Shown here in pieces: positions 58,836 through 64,000 of a DNA stretch of 64,000 nucleotides (the stretch's first letter is position 1; every line of letters starts with the position of its first letter). Source of the stretch: Octopus vulgaris (Eukaryota); NCBI GenBank assembly GCA_951406725.2, contig OX597823.1:25234001-25298000 (forward strand). The letters are read 5' to 3'. The position numbers and the translations under genes are program-made. A model generated the notes under the pieces. That model was given only the letters and a program-made list of their open reading frames with translations, did no database searches and was not told the DNA's origin.

Positions 58836-58932
<97 letters not shown>

Positions 58933-59131
58933 GTATGTATGTATGTATATATATATATATATGCATATATATATATGTATATATATATATGTATATATAT
59001 ATATGTGTATATATATGTATGTATATATGTATATATATACGTATAGGTATATATATGTGTATATATATATGTATATATATGTATATATATATCAATCTAT
59101 CATTCTATCTACCTATCTATCTATCTCTCTC

Positions 59132-59225
<94 letters not shown>

Positions 59226-59975
59226 TATATGTATATATAATATATATACACACAAACAGGGTGCATATGATATTTGAGGGCAGATTTATGTATAAAAAAA
59301 CAGATATATAACAGATAATACCCTAACTTTAACCCTAATGCTAAACCTCATTCTGTCTCTCTTTCTCCCTTACTCCTTTTCTCTTCCCCCCCCCGAAAAT
59401 ACTCCTCTTCTAAACAAAACAACATCCTCTTTTCGATTTATATAAAAGACGGAAGAAATTTTCCCTGCATTAACTTAAAGAGTTCGATTGAAGGAACGAA
59501 AGCGCTAATATAGAATTATCCAAAATTCTGTTTGTCTCCCACCATTGCTTGACAACCGGTGTTGATTTGTTGACGTCCCCGTAACTTAGCGATAGAATAA
59601 GTAGTACGTTTAAAGAATTAGTACTAGGATTGACTCATTTCACTAAAACCCATCAAGCCAGTGCCCTACCATTGACGCAGTCTCGAAGAATATGTTAGAA
59701 AGTGCCACTCATGTGGCTAAACTACAGCATATTTTCCAAAATATTGAATAGTATACCTATAAATAGTATATTATAGCAACAAATAGTATAATAGGTGTTG
59801 GACCTAAGCACAGTATATTATAAACAAATATTTAGAAATTGAGTGTGTATATATTACATACATGCCATATATACCTGTGTGTAACTACTTAACTGCATGC
59901 ATATACTTGTGCCTGCTATATTTAATATTTGCGGATAGATAGAGGAATAACGGACATGGGTATATATCAACTCAC

Positions 59976-60073
59976 CATTGCGCGGTATGGGTAGGATATT
60001 TCTGATTCTATACCAAATATTCGGATATATCTGAATGCTTGGTCCATAAGTCCTCCGTCGCAGCCAGTGCTTC
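59976..60073 (-). CDS. Cathepsin L-like gene B, exon 5
   Basis: [33 protein letters not shown]; 98 nt, AG/GT intact. Confidence 0.94.
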
Positions 60074-60127
60074 CTGAAATGTTTGACAGGCAATTTTCTA
60101 TATATTAATTCTAAACTTTACAACGCG

Positions 60128-60168
<41 letters not shown>

Positions 60169-60607
60169 TGCGGGGTTATATAAAATAAGTGTGGGATTCG
60201 GAAGTCATTGTTCCAAACTAATCATGTAAGAACAGAAAAGGGAAAAAATGAAACACCTTATGCTTGTCATTGCGTTACTTAGACTGTCAGTAACTCTTTC
60301 ACGTGATTAGAGAAAAAGAAAGAGAAAAGGAGAGAGAAATATAGGGAGAGACATGCATCCGTGACGTGAGGCAGAGGGAATGTAATTGTAACGCTTTGAG
60401 GAGAAAGAAAAAGGAGAGAGAAAATGAGGCGAAGAGTGAGACAGAAAGAGGGAGAGAGAAGCATTCATGACGTGAGGTAGGGGGAACGAAATGTTTATTA
60501 CGTGATTAAAGAAGTTAGTTGGAGGTAGAGGAGAGTTAAAAATGTAATTTTAGCAGAGGGGTGAAGGTGAAGTTAAAGAAAGGCAGAGATAGAGAAAGAG
60601 AGAGAGA

Positions 60608-60642
<35 letters not shown>

Positions 60643-60937
60643 ATGGTGGCGGAGATAAAGGTTTTCGTAGTAATTGGATAGTAAAAAGTGTATTGTTTTA
60701 ATTGAACTAAGTTTTTTTATATCACCTATTACTTAATGCATGCGCATAAGTGCAATTCCGCGAAATATTCACGCTTATTTACATGCCAGACATATGCAAT
60801 TTAAATAAAGGTTGAATCATATGTACGAGATATATATTTTCATATTTGTTCATGGAAAAAATGGAAAATTAAGAGTGGATATATATTTTATGAGTACTGA
60901 GTATTAGGTCTAGAAAATTGTGCATAAAGCATATAAA

Positions 60938-61010
<73 letters not shown>

Positions 61011-61256
61011 ACATTAAGTTATCATCGTATTCCATTTTCTTTCAATTTACAATGAGTAGCAGATAAGCGACTATCTTTCCACACTGACATAATACAAGCT
61101 ACGCTTTCAGATTCTTAGGATAAAGTTTTCAGAAATAACCTAATAGGTTTACCATTAATTCAGTGAGATATTCACGGGTCCCGCTAGTATTTGTATAAAT
61201 ATGATACTCAAATATAGCTGTGTATTCTATATAAGATGTTTGAAAGAAAAGTTTTC

Positions 61257-61293
<37 letters not shown>

Positions 61294-62125
61294 TGTGGGA
61301 AAACTTTATATATATCATATTAATTAGAGAAAAACCACTATTATGTAATTCAAACAATGATAGACATAAACTAAATCATAAATAAAATATAAAATATATT
61401 ATAAAACATATAACTAGATCACAAAAAGTACAAAAAATGAATATACAAAATATAAGTAAAAAGACTACGTTTATTTAATTTTATTAATCTGTATTTATTA
61501 TATGTGAACTAAAATCTAAAATTATTAAGTGTGATTGTTTTGTAAAATAGTTTGTAACATAAAATATTAGAGTATAACTAGTGAAAAGATATTTTATAGT
61601 TTGTTAATGCTATTCTCAAAACTAAAATATATCTTCACAGATAAATACATTTTTGTATCTATTTACTCTATTTTTTTACCTTAGGTTTTTAACATGATAA
61701 ATGTATTATAGACACCTGGTCCTACTTTTAAGTTTCAGATTTAGTTAACGGAGTTTCTTCTATAAGAACAATCATGATTTTATTTCTTTAAGAAATATTG
61801 TTTAATTCTATTTAATTATTTATTTAACTACTAATGTTATTATTGTTGACCTGAGGAGTGACTATACTTTCAACTGAATTGTTTTTCGATTAAAATTAAA
61901 TTTAATTGTAATTCAAATTGAAGTTATAGCCACGAATAGTACGTAGTCTTTTTTATTATATATTGTTTATTCATTTTTTGTACTTTTTGTGATCTAGTTA
62001 TATGTTTTATAATATGTTTTATTTTTCTTTAGAATATATAAGTCTATCATTGTTTGAATTACATAATAGTGATTTTTCTCTAATTTATATATATTATATA
62101 TTTATATAGTGAAAATTGATTTAGT

Positions 62126-62183
<58 letters not shown>

Positions 62184-62423
62184 GTTAAAGAACCCCTTAA
62201 GGCACAAGTCTGGGCATACGAGCCTCCCCACACCACGCAACCGATGTTATCCAATGACACAGCTTTGCACTAGTGACGCCGCACCTCATTTCTACAGCTG
62301 TGTGAATAGGAGCAACGTGAAATAAAGTGTCTTGCTCAAGAACACAATACACTGCCCGGTCCTGGAATCGAACTCATTACCTCATGATTGTGAGCCCGAT
62401 GCTCTGACCACCGAGCCATGCGC

Positions 62424-62484
<61 letters not shown>

Positions 62485-62488
<4 letters not shown>

Positions 62489-63107
62489 GAATGAAGTGTT
62501 TTTTACAGAAAAAAAATTCCATCAAAAAATGTGGCAGCATATTAAAATACCTTTACGGTTAAAATTATAAACAACTTATAAATAAGAGCTAAAGAAAATT
62601 ATTTCAATGCCAATATGCTGATAACAGACTTTTAAATCGTCAATTTCCACATATTATTTACTCGCAACAGAAAAAAATACGAAGAACTGAAATCGGGGAA
62701 AGCTGGCCGATAGAATTTTAAAAAAAAGTTCGTTATTTCTATATTGAATCAATTTCGGAATTAATCTCATAATAGATTCTTTCCTCTTCAGTAGAACATA
62801 CGAAAGGATATAATTAAGATATTTACATGCGCCCATGGAAAGAAGCCGAGGCAAAAATCATGAGTACATATGAGTACCCTAGATATATCTAAAAATAAAA
62901 TTCTTTGGTCAGCCCCAGCACAACGTGTTGACTGTTCTCCACTACAGGTTATAGTGGTTACCAGTCCCTATAGCGAGTAGTAATATGTCTACTACTAATA
63001 TAGGTTGAAGTTTTTTTACAGAAAAAAAATTCCATCAAAAAATGTGGCAGCATATTAAAATACCTTTACGGTTAAAATTATAAACAACTTACAAATAAGG
63101 GCTAAAG
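62485..63107 (-). mobile_element. Partial-tandem (~0.5 kb monomer) hammerhead element; copy 9971-10499 lacks the ribozyme
   Basis: ~115-bp direct repeat at both ends (9971 and 10384 in A); ends similar to the 2333-2836 family; HHR at 62737-62796. Confidence 0.7.
62737..62796 (-). ncRNA. Type I hammerhead ribozyme, core intact, sense in gene B intron 4
   Basis: Minus strand: ttcta-CTGAAGA-ggaa(ag)aatct..agatt(aa)ttcc-GAAA-ttgattcaa-TA-tagaa; 5-bp stem I, stem II and stem III present, AUA cleavage triplet. Confidence 0.85.
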
Positions 63108-63829
63108 GTCCGAAAACATACAACAGAATAGACTCCGCTTAAGGCATCTAATGTGCCTGCCAAGTAGCGGTGTTAAACGGGCTGACGGATTAAGTCTACC
63201 ACCCAAGTAGACCAAGATGGAGTTTGAATTTAGAACATCAAGAGCTGGAAAAAATACCACAACGCTCTGATTCATATTTGCTGGTCTAATACTTTTAACT
63301 AGTACTTTATTTTTATTGGTCCCGGAAAGACGAAATTTAAAGTTGACCCCGGCGGGATTTGAACTCAGAATGCACTGCAAGGCATTTCGTTTGTAAAGTT
63401 CTAACAATCTTGCCAATTCATCGCTTTGGACATAAGTAAGTAGTTTTAGCAGTTTTATTGTGGTGGTGTGCCAGATTAAATATTTTGCAGTATTAAGTTT
63501 CATTTCTTTATGCTCAATTTTGGTCAAGGTCAGGTTTGCCTTTCGTCTGTTCAGATTTTATAAAACACCACAGACCAAAGACTGTATTATCCTTCTTCCA
63601 AAAATGTTAAGCAGTGTACCAAAACTCTTATTAATAGCGCATCCGAGACACCAAAGCTAGGTTCTTTGGGGACGTAATATTTTTTACCTTATTCTTCTGA
63701 TTTAATAACAGGTCTTCCTTTAAGTCATAATGGAAAAATATAATTAAATTTTAACTTTAGAATACGAAACATATATTGCAAGTGAGAGGTGTTAAATGTC
63801 ACAGTAGAACAATTTCATAAACAATTTCA

Positions 63830-64000
<171 letters not shown>

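Overview
Eukaryotic, AT-rich, microsatellite-dense DNA. The SINE types suggest an octopus or related cephalopod (inference). The window holds a minus-strand tandem cluster of cathepsin L-like (papain C1A) cysteine protease genes. Gene A is complete: 7 coding exons, 19685->3005, 975 nt = 324 aa plus stop, all GT-AG junctions in phase, catalytic Q/C/H/N intact. Gene B (exons 4-7, 63988->54853) lies in a recent duplicate, 51669-64000, of positions 1-11393. Module C is an orphan, intact but diverged exon 6+7 pair (33693->31199). Introns and spacers carry decayed LINEs (RTE, CR1-like, Tx1/L1-like, R4/Dong-like), a Chapaev3-like DNA transposon remnant and many tRNA-derived SINEs. The most unexpected signal is a set of at least six different 0.4-1.6 kb non-coding elements inserted in (TA)n tracts. 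Each carries a type I hammerhead ribozyme motif (CUGANGA...GAAA-short or palindromic stem III-UH) and has inverted or partial-tandem terminal repeats, the architecture of Penelope pLTRs and retrozymes. One apparently intact ribozyme lies sense within intron 4 of gene B and is deleted from gene A. Exons of A and B have diverged more than their flanking non-coding DNA, almost entirely by amino-acid-changing substitutions (15 non-synonymous to 3 synonymous, counted by eye). All counts and coordinates were read manually.
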